Below are positions 51,735-61,309 of a stretch of DNA of 64,000 nucleotides, one piece after another; position 1 is the first letter of the stretch, and every line of letters starts with the position of its first letter. Position numbers and translations under genes: made by a program. Below the pieces are notes generated by a model that saw only the letters and a program-made list of their open reading frames with translations, was not told the DNA's origin and made no database searches. Source of the stretch: an uncultured Nitrospiraceae bacterium (GTDB lineage Bacteria; Nitrospirota; Nitrospiria; Nitrospirales; Nitrospiraceae); the NCBI GenBank assembly GCA_963846575.1, contig CAWJWJ010000001.1, forward strand, positions 224,001 to 288,000, written 5' to 3'.

Positions 51735-52358
51735 TCACTCGGCCTTGGACGCCGATTCAGGAGCTTCCCGGGAAGGCACGTCAATTTCTGATTGATCCGA
51801 CTGGCCCATGCGGCCTTGCCCCATACCGCCTCCAGGCCCCCTGTGCCCCATCGGGCCGCTGCTCCCCATGCCGGCCTGAGGACCAGGCTGCCGGCTGAAG
51901 GTCCGTTCGTATTGGATGAGAGCCCAGATCTCCTCGTCCGTCAATTGACCGCCGAAGCCGATCATGGACGTGCCGGGCGATCCGTGTTTGATCACCCAGA
52001 AAAGTTCGCCTTCCGTGCGATGCCGCCAGAATCCGTGATGCTGAAAATTGCGGGGTGAGGGGCTGAGCTGTGCGGCGACCGGTCCGTTGCCGGCCCCCTC
52101 CGCACCATGACAATTCAGACAGGTGCCCTTCCCCTTATAGAGGGCCTTGCCCTGTTCGATCGCGCCAGGTGAGGCCGGCAGGGGATTGGTGAGGGCACGC
52201 GCCTCGGCCAGTTGGTCAGCCGGCACACGAGAGCGCATCATCTCCTGCCCCTGCGCAAGGACGACTGACGAACTCACGGTGAAGACGAGAAGGATCGCCC
52301 ATCCGCCCGCTCGACGACCGATCGTTTGACAGTGTCTGACCTCTAAATTTTCTAACAT
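51735..52358 (-). CDS. Monoheme cytochrome c, paralog of 49172-49741
   Basis: CLNCH, PRNF, FWVIKHGSPGTSM. Confidence 0.88.
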   Translation of the reverse strand: MLENLEVRHCQTIGRRAGGWAILLVFTVSSSVVLAQGQEMMRSRVPADQLAEARALTNPLPASPGAIEQGKALYKGKGTCLNCHGAEGAGNGPVAAQLSPSPRNFQHHGFWRHRTEGELFWVIKHGSPGTSMIGFGGQLTDEEIWALIQYERTFSRQPGPQAGMGSSGPMGHRGPGGGMGQGRMGQSDQSEIDVPSREAPESASKAE

Positions 52359-52451
52359 GATTTCTCCCTGCAGCGAAGTGAGAGAAGTACCCTGTACCCC
52401 CACGAGGACGCCGGCACGATACACTTCGCAGTCGACAGGCACCGCATTCGA

Positions 52452-52811
52452 TTAGAAGGCCACGGTCCGCTCTCGCTCCGCCACCGCCTTGATATAGTCC
52501 GGCATGCCTTTCATCACGGATCCCGCTACGAGATCCGAGGCTCCGACCTGTCGCGCCACGGCGCAGGCGCTGCAGACCCAGATCGGAATCTGTGCGGACT
52601 GCACGGCCGCAAGCAGATCCTTCAGCGGAGTGAGATTCACTCCGACGACATGATCCGCCGTGCCTTTCCGCGCCAGCGTCACCGCCTCGCTCCAGAGCCA
52701 GAGCACCACCTCATGCCCCTGCTCCCTGGCCGTCTTGGCTGCCATGAAGGGCAGCGTCGCCAGCGTCGGATCGTCCGTCCCTCGACTGCCGGAAATCATG
52801 AACGTGGCCAT
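52452..52811 (-). CDS. DsrE-family (DsrE/YchN-like) protein
   Basis: LWLWSEAV..A, IWVCSACAVAR; AGGAGG RBS. Confidence 0.85.
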   Translation of the reverse strand: MATFMISGSRGTDDPTLATLPFMAAKTAREQGHEVVLWLWSEAVTLARKGTADHVVGVNLTPLKDLLAAVQSAQIPIWVCSACAVARQVGASDLVAGSVMKGMPDYIKAVAERERTVAF

Positions 52812-52903
52812 CACTCCATCCCTCCTAATGTGTCTTGCGTGAGCCGTCTCTCGTCTTCTGCCACGCGGCGCTCCGCACGGGCGCTTGCCGCTATTCGATC
52901 GCA

Positions 52904-53497
52904 TCACTTCTTCACGACTATTCCGCAGGCGATCCTGGGTCCGCCCGGCGCATCCTTGGCGGGCGGATCAGGGAGGTACTTGTCTTCGAGACTATGAATG
53001 ATGAACGCGCTGCCATCCATATCAAAGAGCGTGGTCAATCCCTGGCTCAATGTGACCCGGCTCGTGATCGTATAGAGCGTCCCCTTGCGATTCTCATCCA
53101 CCACGAGATTCGGCAGGTCTCCAAGGTGATAGGGGTGGTTCCCGAGACCGGGACTCACGTTCGCCTCCGGATTAACCTGCTGGTCGATGTGTCCGTCGTA
53201 GTGGCCCTTGGCCGCCGTGAATGGCTCGCACGAGCCGGTTTCATGGATATGAATCGCATGCCGGCCCGGGGTCAATTTGCTCTCGGGCGTCCCCTGGATC
53301 GTGAGCTTCATGCGTATCCGTCCTTCGTACTCCTCATACAGATGCGCCTCACCGGTGATGCCGGGGCCGACGATGGCGGCTTCCGCGCGGAGTTTGTCGT
53401 CGAGTTTTCCCGTATGGTACCCGGCACATCCCGAGAGCAGCGCCATCGCTCCCCCGATCAGCGTCACGCGCTGGAGTATTGACTTCTGACGCATCAT
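52904..53497 (-). CDS. sodC: Cu/Zn superoxide dismutase lipoprotein
   Basis: Lipobox LSGC; HIHE, GHY, HLGDLPN, IIH, GPRIACG. Confidence 0.9.
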   Translation of the reverse strand: MMRQKSILQRVTLIGGAMALLSGCAGYHTGKLDDKLRAEAAIVGPGITGEAHLYEEYEGRIRMKLTIQGTPESKLTPGRHAIHIHETGSCEPFTAAKGHYDGHIDQQVNPEANVSPGLGNHPYHLGDLPNLVVDENRKGTLYTITSRVTLSQGLTTLFDMDGSAFIIHSLEDKYLPDPPAKDAPGGPRIACGIVVKK

Positions 53498-53525
53498 GCA
53501 CCTCCCTGTGACCCCTGGCCCGGCC

Positions 53526-54941
53526 CTACCGCCCCAGTGATCGAATGTAATGAACCAATTCCCAGATCTGATCATCCGGCAACCCGGCAAACGCCATCAT
53601 ACCCGTGCCCGGCGATCCGTTCTTGATGACCCAATACAGTTGTCCATCCGGGATGTCTGTCATCGTCTTGCCACAGGTGAAATTCCTGGGCGGAGGAATC
53701 AACGCCGCGCCCATGACACCCTGACCGTTGCCCTTGTCGCCATGACACATCGCGCAGGCCACTGGCTGGGCGGTTTGTAGAAACAGTGTTTTCCCGGCCT
53801 GAATGGCCGCGTCGGAACCGGGCATCGGATTCGTCTTCGCCAGAAATTCCTGCGGTGCCTTGGCCGTTTTTCTCGGCTGCGGACAGACGCCGGTCGGTCC
53901 GCCGCCTGGCCCCGTGGCTGCCTGCGCGGATTCTGGCGCGCCCTTGAAGGTTGCTTTCAGATAGGCCATCACGTCGGCCACGCCCTGCTGTCCGATCGTC
54001 AGGCCCCAGTAAGGCATGGTCGGTGATTTGCCGACCGCCCGCCCGCCGTAATAAATCACGTTGTACAGGTAGTCGATCGGCAGCTTCTCGAATGGAATGT
54101 TGGCATGGACAGCCGGTTTCGGGTTCAACCCTGACGCCGCCGGTCCATCGCCCTTTCCCGTCGCGCCATGGCACTGGGCGCAATACTCTTTGTAAACCAA
54201 CTGGCCTCGATCCAGGCTCGTCTGACCGAACGGGTCACTTTTCCAGGGCTCGTAATATTGAAAGTCGTCCCAGCCCCGTGTCGCAATGTAGCCCGTCACA
54301 TAACGCAATCCCAACTCACTCACATCCCCCACGAACTCACCGCTGTGGGGCACATAATCGGGAGGATTGGAATTGAACCGATGAATCCAGTCGGCTTTGA
54401 GCCGTTTGCCCGCCTCCGCCAGCGAGGTGCTTTGGGGACCGCCGATGGTGCGATCTCCCTCACGCACCTGATGGCAGCCGATGCAGGCGTGCTCCTTGAA
54501 AATTTTCTCGCCGAAGGCCGCTTCCTGTTTGCTGAACGTCGTCATGCCGATGGCGCCGGCCTTCACCTTGGGATCAGGAAAGTCACTGTCCAGGTACTGA
54601 GCGACCGCTTCCGCGTCAGCCCGTGAGAGCACCATATGAGATTGAGGAGTCTGCCCCTGATCCCACCGGTAACTCTTCGCATAGAGTGGCTGCTCTTTTC
54701 CCTCCAGCCAGCTGACCAGCCATTCATGTTTGAACTTGCCGCCGGCGCCGATCAGATCCGGCGCCTTCTTTTCGTAGCGGGTCAATGGAGGGCCCTCCAA
54801 CCGATGGCATCCGGCACAGGTGGTCTGCACCAGTTCTTTCGCGCGGGATTGTTCACTCCCGAGCAGCAGGCGGGGGAACGATGTCACACCCACCGCCAAA
54901 ACCAATGCGCAACCGATCATCATGATCCGTCGATGCACCAT
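53526..54941 (-). CDS. Tetraheme c-type cytochrome
   Basis: CAGCH, CIGCH, CAQCH, CAMCH; signal peptide. Confidence 0.9.
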   Translation of the reverse strand: MVHRRIMMIGCALVLAVGVTSFPRLLLGSEQSRAKELVQTTCAGCHRLEGPPLTRYEKKAPDLIGAGGKFKHEWLVSWLEGKEQPLYAKSYRWDQGQTPQSHMVLSRADAEAVAQYLDSDFPDPKVKAGAIGMTTFSKQEAAFGEKIFKEHACIGCHQVREGDRTIGGPQSTSLAEAGKRLKADWIHRFNSNPPDYVPHSGEFVGDVSELGLRYVTGYIATRGWDDFQYYEPWKSDPFGQTSLDRGQLVYKEYCAQCHGATGKGDGPAASGLNPKPAVHANIPFEKLPIDYLYNVIYYGGRAVGKSPTMPYWGLTIGQQGVADVMAYLKATFKGAPESAQAATGPGGGPTGVCPQPRKTAKAPQEFLAKTNPMPGSDAAIQAGKTLFLQTAQPVACAMCHGDKGNGQGVMGAALIPPPRNFTCGKTMTDIPDGQLYWVIKNGSPGTGMMAFAGLPDDQIWELVHYIRSLGR

Positions 54942-54974
54942 GCCCCCGCTCCTTTCAGTAGACGGCCTGCCTGT

Positions 54975-55592
54975 TTATCGGGTCGCGAGCCAGGCGTGAA
55001 TGTCCGCGATCTCCTGCTGACCGAGCACCGACCCCCAGGCGGGCATCGGGCCGCGGCCATGGATGACGATATTCCAAAAGGCGCCGTCATTGTTGAGGAT
55101 GCTGTTACGCGCCAGTTTCGGTCCCGCACCGCCCATGGCACCTTCCCCGTGACAGGCCTGGCAGTTGTGCGCAAACAGACCGGCCCCCCTGGCCGCCACG
55201 CCGGTGCGCGGACCATCGGTGGCCTCGTCTTCACGCGCCGGCTCCGTCATGGCCAGTTCATCCTCGATCGACGGCAGATGATCCGACGCGCCCGGATGAT
55301 ACCGCGCGGTCAGATACTGCAGCAGCACCGCAGCTTCGTCCTTGGACAGGACGGCCCCCCACCGCTGCATTTTTTCAACCGTCGCCGTCCAGCGATCTTC
55401 CGGCAGCCGTTGTTGAACGATGAGATCCGTGGAGTGGCAGACCGCACAACGGGCCAGCACCAACGTGGCCGCCTGGCGGACCAGCGCAGGCTCGACCGTC
55501 ACAGGATTCTCTTCCTGAGCCGACGTGCCCACGGCCCATAACACCACACACCCCAGACCCCAGAGGACGACCGGACGCAAGCGTTGCGTCAT
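54975..55592 (-). CDS. Diheme cytochrome c (SorB-like partner of the sulfite oxidase)
   Basis: CAVCH...QQRL...W...VEKM..WGA; CQACH...MPAW; ATGA overlap. Confidence 0.85.
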   Translation of the reverse strand: MTQRLRPVVLWGLGCVVLWAVGTSAQEENPVTVEPALVRQAATLVLARCAVCHSTDLIVQQRLPEDRWTATVEKMQRWGAVLSKDEAAVLLQYLTARYHPGASDHLPSIEDELAMTEPAREDEATDGPRTGVAARGAGLFAHNCQACHGEGAMGGAGPKLARNSILNNDGAFWNIVIHGRGPMPAWGSVLGQQEIADIHAWLATR

Positions 55593-56779
55593 GCCGCCAC
55601 CGTCACGGACCGGCGATCCCAGCCATTCCACTGAAAGCCGCCGGGATTCCACGGACTCGTCTCCGGCTGTTGTTCGCCACGCGCATCCGTGGCCCGGCAG
55701 AGGATCGCGGCCGGGCCGGGGATGTCGGCGTTCCACAAAAACTGCCACTGCCGCCAGGCATAGGGCTCATCCTCCCCAAGCAGGCGAGCCTGGTTCCATG
55801 TGCGGCCGTCGTCACAGGACACCTCGACGTTCGCTACCGTCGTCTCGCCCGCCCATGCCACCCCCTGAATCGTCACCGGTCCCTGCTTCAGCCGGTCTCC
55901 GTCGGCCGGTGTGGCAATGAGCGACTTCACCAGCATCTGCTCCACCGGAATCATCGCCGTGCCCGGCAAGCCGGACCCTGCCTGGATCGAGGTCTGCGGG
56001 ATGCGATAGGCCTGTTGCATGTAGTAGCCCGGCGATTCGTCCGCCCGCACCGTGATGTCGGTGAGCCACTTCATGGAGGACTCCGCCATCCATCCGGGCG
56101 TGATGACCCGTACCGGTGCGCCATGCAGCAGAGGCAACGGCCGTCCGTTCATGTCATACGCCAGGAGCGTGTCAGGATGCAGCGCCTTGCCGAGCGGAAT
56201 GCTGCGCGTGAACAGAGGAACTGTCTCCATCAGCGGCCGGTCCGCGCCCTGAAATTGAACATGGAGTCCCTGCGGTTTCACGCCGGCCCGCTCAAGCACA
56301 TCACGCAGGCGCACCCCCGTCCATTGTGCATTGCCGACCGCCCCGCGATCCCATTGCACGCCCGGCACCCTGGGACGGTGATGGGCGCGACCATTGCCGC
56401 TACATTGCAGCACGGCAGCAAGCGTCACCTCTTCGAACTGACGTAGTTCATCAAGACTCAAACTCAGTCCGTCTTTGACGAGCCCCTTCACGGTCAGCCG
56501 CCATCTTTCGGCTTGCACCGCATCGGCCGGCGGGGGACCGAAATGACTCCGCACGAAGAACCGTTCGTTCGAAGTCAGCCGGGAAACGAACTCTTGAACG
56601 GGCGTTTCGGCGTCGAACGGCCGCATGACCCGCACGGTGAGGGGTCCGGACGCCGGGGGAGCCTCTTCGCCTGGCGCGCCCCCGACCGCCGGTAATCCAC
56701 GGCTCCACAGGAGGCCCGCTCCGATGCCCTGCAGCAGAGTCCTTAACAAGGCCCGTCGATCAAACATCATCCGGTTCAC
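55589..56779 (-). CDS. Sulfite oxidase-family molybdoenzyme (SorA-like), Tat-exported
   Basis: DRRALL leader, FFVRSH, QCSGNGR, HGAPVR, KW, C-terminal dimerisation domain. Confidence 0.9.
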   Translation of the reverse strand: MNRMMFDRRALLRTLLQGIGAGLLWSRGLPAVGGAPGEEAPPASGPLTVRVMRPFDAETPVQEFVSRLTSNERFFVRSHFGPPPADAVQAERWRLTVKGLVKDGLSLSLDELRQFEEVTLAAVLQCSGNGRAHHRPRVPGVQWDRGAVGNAQWTGVRLRDVLERAGVKPQGLHVQFQGADRPLMETVPLFTRSIPLGKALHPDTLLAYDMNGRPLPLLHGAPVRVITPGWMAESSMKWLTDITVRADESPGYYMQQAYRIPQTSIQAGSGLPGTAMIPVEQMLVKSLIATPADGDRLKQGPVTIQGVAWAGETTVANVEVSCDDGRTWNQARLLGEDEPYAWRQWQFLWNADIPGPAAILCRATDARGEQQPETSPWNPGGFQWNGWDRRSVTVAA

Positions 56780-56785
56780 ACTAGT

Positions 56786-57196
56786 TTAATTCACGGCATG
56801 AATGTGTGGATTCAGATCGAGCACGACATTTGTCGGGATCGCAATCGACTGATGCACTGTGCAAGCCTGTGCCACCTTCAACAGCCGCTCTTTCTGCTCG
56901 GGGGTAACACGGTGGGGCAAGCGGATCGCAAGCAGGATCTGCCCGACACGATGCGGTCCTTCCGCCATCATCCATTCCGCCTCCACTTTCAGGCCTTCAC
57001 GGGAAATGTCATGCCGCGCGCAGAACTGCCCGACGAAGTACCCGACGCAGCTCGCTACGGACCCGACGAACAATTCCACGGGACTCATGCCCATATCAGC
57101 GCCGCCTTCGTCCGCCGGCTGATCCGTGACCACCCGATGCCGGTCACTGACGATGTCGTAGCGCGTTCCCCCCTGGTAGGCCACGCTGAGCTTCAT
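56786..57196 (-). CDS. OsmC/YhfA-family protein
   Basis: TDQP...GG.D.G.SPVELF...ASC...CTVHQS. Confidence 0.9.
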   Translation of the reverse strand: MKLSVAYQGGTRYDIVSDRHRVVTDQPADEGGADMGMSPVELFVGSVASCVGYFVGQFCARHDISREGLKVEAEWMMAEGPHRVGQILLAIRLPHRVTPEQKERLLKVAQACTVHQSIAIPTNVVLDLNPHIHAVN

Positions 57197-57269
57197 CTCG
57201 CCCTCCCCTGCTGGTCGCGCCTCTCGCGACTCTCATCCCATGCCTGGTCCGGAACCGCTCGACCGCCGC

Positions 57270-58115
57270 TCAGTGAGAGGCATCCGCGACTGTGGTGCCC
57301 CTGGGTGAATCATGCGCCTTGCGAGGAAATTCCGGGCGGGGCTGCGCATTGATGTAGGCCGCCACGTCGTAGGCATCTTGGTCCGACAGCGCCCACCCTC
57401 TGGTGCGCGGCATGTTCGATTTGATGAAGGAGGCCGCCACCGGTATACGCGCCATCTCGGCCGCGCTGCTGTATGAATCGGATCCCCACAACGGAGGGCC
57501 GGCCATGGTGCCCTGTCCATCCGCGCCATGACAAAACGCGCAACGGGCCATGAAGACCTTGGTGCCGTTCCCCGCATCCGGTGGTGCGGGCGATTGGAGA
57601 CGCGGGATGCCGCGCCATGCCATGCGGCTGTCCCGGGGGACATCTTTCGACAACCAGTCGATGTAGGCCAGGATCGCGTGGAGCTTATGACTGTCCTGGG
57701 GGATTGCCTGCCCGTTCAAACTCCGCTCGACGCACTCGTTGATGCGCTCGGCCAAGGTCACGACTCGTCCTTCGCTCGCGCGAAACTCCGGGTAGGTCCG
57801 TGACAGTCCGACATAGGATGCCGAATTCGGATCAAGCCCTGCATCCAAATGGCAGTTGGCACAGGTCAGCCCATTGCCCACATAGGGCGCGGCGTATTCC
57901 TGTGTGCGGACGACCAATTGGTAGCCCAGCCGGATCTGCTCGCCCCGTTGGCCGCCGGGAATGGAATCCGGCGAAGGATGGCTGAAGACGGCGTCGATGA
58001 CGTGTGACGACATGTCGTCCCCGGCGGATCGCGCACTGCGTCCCGGCTCCTGGCATCCGAGGCAGCCGGTCAACATTCCGAGGATGAGGATGCCGCTGAC
58101 AGCATGCTTCAACAT
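57270..58115 (-). CDS. tsdA: TsdA-like diheme thiosulfate dehydrogenase / tetrathionate reductase
   Basis: YVGNGLTCANCH, RINECVERSLNG, CAFCH, PPLWG..SY, FIKSNMP, PRP. Confidence 0.8.
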   Translation of the reverse strand: MLKHAVSGILILGMLTGCLGCQEPGRSARSAGDDMSSHVIDAVFSHPSPDSIPGGQRGEQIRLGYQLVVRTQEYAAPYVGNGLTCANCHLDAGLDPNSASYVGLSRTYPEFRASEGRVVTLAERINECVERSLNGQAIPQDSHKLHAILAYIDWLSKDVPRDSRMAWRGIPRLQSPAPPDAGNGTKVFMARCAFCHGADGQGTMAGPPLWGSDSYSSAAEMARIPVAASFIKSNMPRTRGWALSDQDAYDVAAYINAQPRPEFPRKAHDSPRGTTVADASH

Positions 58116-58130
58116 ATGTCACAGCACCTC

Positions 58131-58145
58131 GCAAGCTACGTACCA
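58131..58145 (-). promoter_or_regulatory. Possible sigma-54 promoter for tsdA
   Basis: TGGTAC-GTAGC-TTGC on the minus strand, but very close to the start codon. Confidence 0.35.
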
Positions 58146-58343
58146 GGGTGCAGCGATGGAGGCTTGAGACAAACTGTCAGCAGACCAGGCGATCAATGAC
58201 GGGTCAGTCCCCGATCCTGAGGACAAAAGCCACAGTCACGGGGTGAGACTGCCGCACCATGCCACAGGAGCCCTGAATGACGGGAGGCGCGTGAGGCATC
58301 CGGGTGAGCGCGACAAGCCGAAACACGCACGGCCACCGGCAGG

Positions 58344-58709
58344 TCAAAATGTGGACCGGGGCGGAGCCAGAGCACGGATATATTGGATCACGTCCAGCAT
58401 CTCCTGGTCCTTCAGGCGGCCCCGCCAGGAATGCATTGGACTGAACAACACGCCGTTTGAGATCGCGACGAGCATCTCAAAATCGGTCCGGCCGCGCGCG
58501 TCGAGCGTATGAAAATCCTGCGGCTGCACGATCAGATTCCGGGCCGCGGGGCCCTGCCCGTCTCCCAGCCTTCCATGACATTGGAGGCAATGCGTCTTAT
58601 AAACCGCTTCCCCTTTATCAGGACTTCCGCGCAGGTCCTGCGCCGCAATCCAGCTTGTCGTCGCCACCATGTACAGAATGACCGCTGCCATCGCCATGTG
58701 CTTGTCCAT
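58344..58709 (-). CDS. Monoheme cytochrome c, paralog of 33072-33434
   Basis: CLQCH, NGVLFSPMH; GGAGGAG RBS. Confidence 0.9.
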   Translation of the reverse strand: MDKHMAMAAVILYMVATTSWIAAQDLRGSPDKGEAVYKTHCLQCHGRLGDGQGPAARNLIVQPQDFHTLDARGRTDFEMLVAISNGVLFSPMHSWRGRLKDQEMLDVIQYIRALAPPRSTF

Positions 58710-58969
58710 CACGTCTCCTCCCAGACATACCCATGCTCCTTGGGGAGTTGCTCGCGTCGCTTCCCCCGGTTTCATTCCCGGGTTCAGAATCATCTCGAGA
58801 CCGGCAGAGGGAGCAAGAAATGTGCGACCCTGCGCTGAAAGGGTACCGGCTTCATCAGCCTGTACCGTTCCGACACAACCGCCATGGTTCCGCCCCAGTT
58901 CCCCTCGTCACCTCGTGACTTGCCATGCCGGGACAAGAGGAGCTGCGCCCCCGGCGGTCCGAACCACCC

Positions 58970-59158
58970 TGTCCCATGTGGGCACGGACCCAGTGCACGA
59001 TGTCTTGCTGACCCAAGACTCCCGGTCACTCCGACCGGCTGGCCGGTCAACAGCGGCCCGTGGCATTGCCCGCAATGGGGCCCATCGGCGACACGCGAGG
59101 ACGGAACACGGTTGATGCTGCGGCAATGCGGACACACGAGGTGAAATTTTCCGTCCAT
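58970..59158 (-). pseudogene. trxC: Thioredoxin 2 remnant with the catalytic domain deleted
   Basis: CPHCRSINRVP...CGQCH Zn finger joined out of frame to the terminal helix GVLGQQDIVHWVRAH; no WCGPC. Confidence 0.75.
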
Positions 59159-59337
59159 GGCGCGTCCCCTGCGATCAGTGTCGAGGCCGGACCGCTCCCT
59201 CTGTCCGGGGATGGCTCATCTTCACCCGGCACCTCTGCAGCCGCCCCGTGAGAACGATCGGGGAACACTTGTTCCGGCTGGGCTTGCGCGCCATGCCACC
59301 GGCCCGCCGTCCTGCCGGAACGGTCAGACAGGCCCGA

Positions 59338-59904
59338 TCAGTGCTGCGGCACATCAGGCCTGGGATCGGGAATAAACCCCTCCCGGTTCGGCATGCGAAT
59401 CGCCGGCAGCGACCGGCCATCCACGATCACATCCTCGGCAATAATTCCGTTCCGGTGAAGCAGCCACGCCACGATCGAGTAGACTTCGTCCGGCGAAAGG
59501 CTTTGAGGGGCGGCGAACGGCATGGCGCGAAACACATAGTCGTAGAGCGTCGTGGCAAAGGGCCAATAACTACCGATGGTTTTCACCGGCTGTGCGCTGC
59601 TCAACGTCCCGACGCCCCCCACCAGGCGGTCCATCGGACCTTCCTGACCGGTCGCTCCGTGACAGGAGGCACAGCGAGCGGCAAAGAGCGCCCCTCCCTG
59701 CCTGACAGTTCCGCGGCCCGGCGGCAAGCCCTCTCCCGTCGGCGCGACATCGATATTCCACTGTTGAATGTCTTGATCCGTCACGGCGCGTCCTAACCCG
59801 TACTCATGCGTCCGGTCACCCCGATCCGCCGCCTGACTACTCCAGTGGAGTCCCGCGGTCACGACGGCCAGCAACGCCAGCATCAGGGCGTTACGCCTGT
59901 ACAT
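59338..59904 (-). CDS. SoxD-like monoheme cytochrome c
   Basis: YGLGR, GLPPGRG, CASCH, KTIGSYWPFATTLYDYVFRAMP, MPNREGF. Confidence 0.88.
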   Translation of the reverse strand: MYRRNALMLALLAVVTAGLHWSSQAADRGDRTHEYGLGRAVTDQDIQQWNIDVAPTGEGLPPGRGTVRQGGALFAARCASCHGATGQEGPMDRLVGGVGTLSSAQPVKTIGSYWPFATTLYDYVFRAMPFAAPQSLSPDEVYSIVAWLLHRNGIIAEDVIVDGRSLPAIRMPNREGFIPDPRPDVPQH

Positions 59905-61165
59905 TGGTCACCCGTCCATCCTGAGCAATGTGCCAACTCTGGATCCCATTGTAGTGATAGACGGAATGCGTTCCGCGCACCGCCACCAGTTCCGCTCGAC
60001 TCGGTTGCCTGTAACCGGTTTCATCGCGGCAGCGGCTTTGCAAAATCACGTCCGTTCCGTCCCATCTCCACGGAATCTAAATCGCGTGTGACACTTCGGC
60101 AGAACCGGACCCTGCAGCACGGCCTCCCGCCAGGACCGGCCCCCGTCGGTACTCACCTCCACCTGCTCGATGCTGCCCCTCCCGCTCCAGGCCAACCCGC
60201 TGATCTCGAGTCCATCCCGGCTGAATGCGCTGCCCGCCCGATGGCGACGTAATCACCGATTTGGCCTCCATGACCATCGTAAACTGACGTGCCGTGCCGT
60301 CCGGCATCAGGTCTGTATAGTGCGACGTTTCCTCCCGGGTCATGAAAGGCGCCGTGCCGAACTTCAATCGCCGCAACCATTTGATGCAGGTATTCCCCTC
60401 CCATCCCGGCACGAGGAGACGCAGCGGATAGCCCTGCTCCGGACGGAGAGGTTCCCCGTTCTGGGCATAACAGATGAGCGCCTCATCCAGGATGGAGGCC
60501 AGGGGGAGGCTCCGTGTCATGGCCGCCGCATCTCCGCCCTCTGCTAACATCCAGGTCGCCTCCGGCTTCACACCCGCTTCCTGCAGAACGATCTTCAGCG
60601 CCACGCCCGTCCATTCGCTGGTGCTCGTCATGCCGTGGGTCTGTTGCGCGGTCTGTCCGGCCGGCGCCCGCCATTCGCCCGCTGAATTTCCTGAACATTC
60701 GATAAATGCGAGCCGTGAGACCGCGGGAAATCGTTTCACGTCGTCCAGGGTGAAGACCCATGGCCGGTCGACCAGACCATGCAGCATGAGGCGGTGACGA
60801 GCCGGGTCAATGGCCGGCACCCCGTTGTGGTGCCGTTCGAAATGCAGCGCCGACGGGGTGAGCATGCCCTGCGAGTCTTGCAGCGGCGTCAGCGAGGCCG
60901 AGCCCCCGCGCGGGGCACGGACGGCCTGCTCGAACGGTGAGCGTTGCCCGTACGCTGTCGCCGCCCTGCCGGGCACGCGCGTGGGATCATCGGGCACAAC
61001 CGGCATGGCTGCCTCTGCAGAGCGTGCGACCGATCGCGCCATCATGGCGCCCACCATGCCGACGGTTCCGGCGAGAAGACTCCGGCGATTCATGGCAGAT
61101 GTCTTGTGCCCGTCACCGTGCGCCTGATCTCCAGTCGGTCCGTCGGTTTCCGCATGCGTCGTCAT
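59891..61165 (-). pseudogene. soxC: SoxC-like Mo sulfur/sulfite dehydrogenase with two frameshifts (~60211, ~60074)
   Basis: NRRSLL Tat leader, HFERHHNGVP, ECSGN, LRPEQGYPLR; EISGLAWSG...HTRF segment out of frame; C-terminus PWRWDG...YHYNGIQSW ends TAA at 59891. Confidence 0.85.
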
Positions 61166-61309
61166 GGATGGCTCCTTGCGCGGCCTCGCTACCGTCGCGC
61201 GCTCGATGGAGAGAGCGACCCTCTCCCGATCGGGTGAGGCGTTCCCTGCCGGACGAGGCGAAGCGGTGTCCCGCCAACGGACTCGCTCGCGGCATGAGTC
61301 AGGTACCCT

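Noticed and set aside
58812..58827. TCGCAC-N5-TTGCT as a sigma-54 promoter
   Set aside because: The invariant GG at -24 is broken
59060..59076. CGQCH as a heme-binding motif
   Set aside because: It is the second CxxC of the TrxC zinc finger, and there is no signal peptide
60077..60079. TAG in soxC as pyrrolysine or readthrough recoding
   Set aside because: It lies in a frameshifted segment with non-homologous residues, and there are no pyl genes in the window
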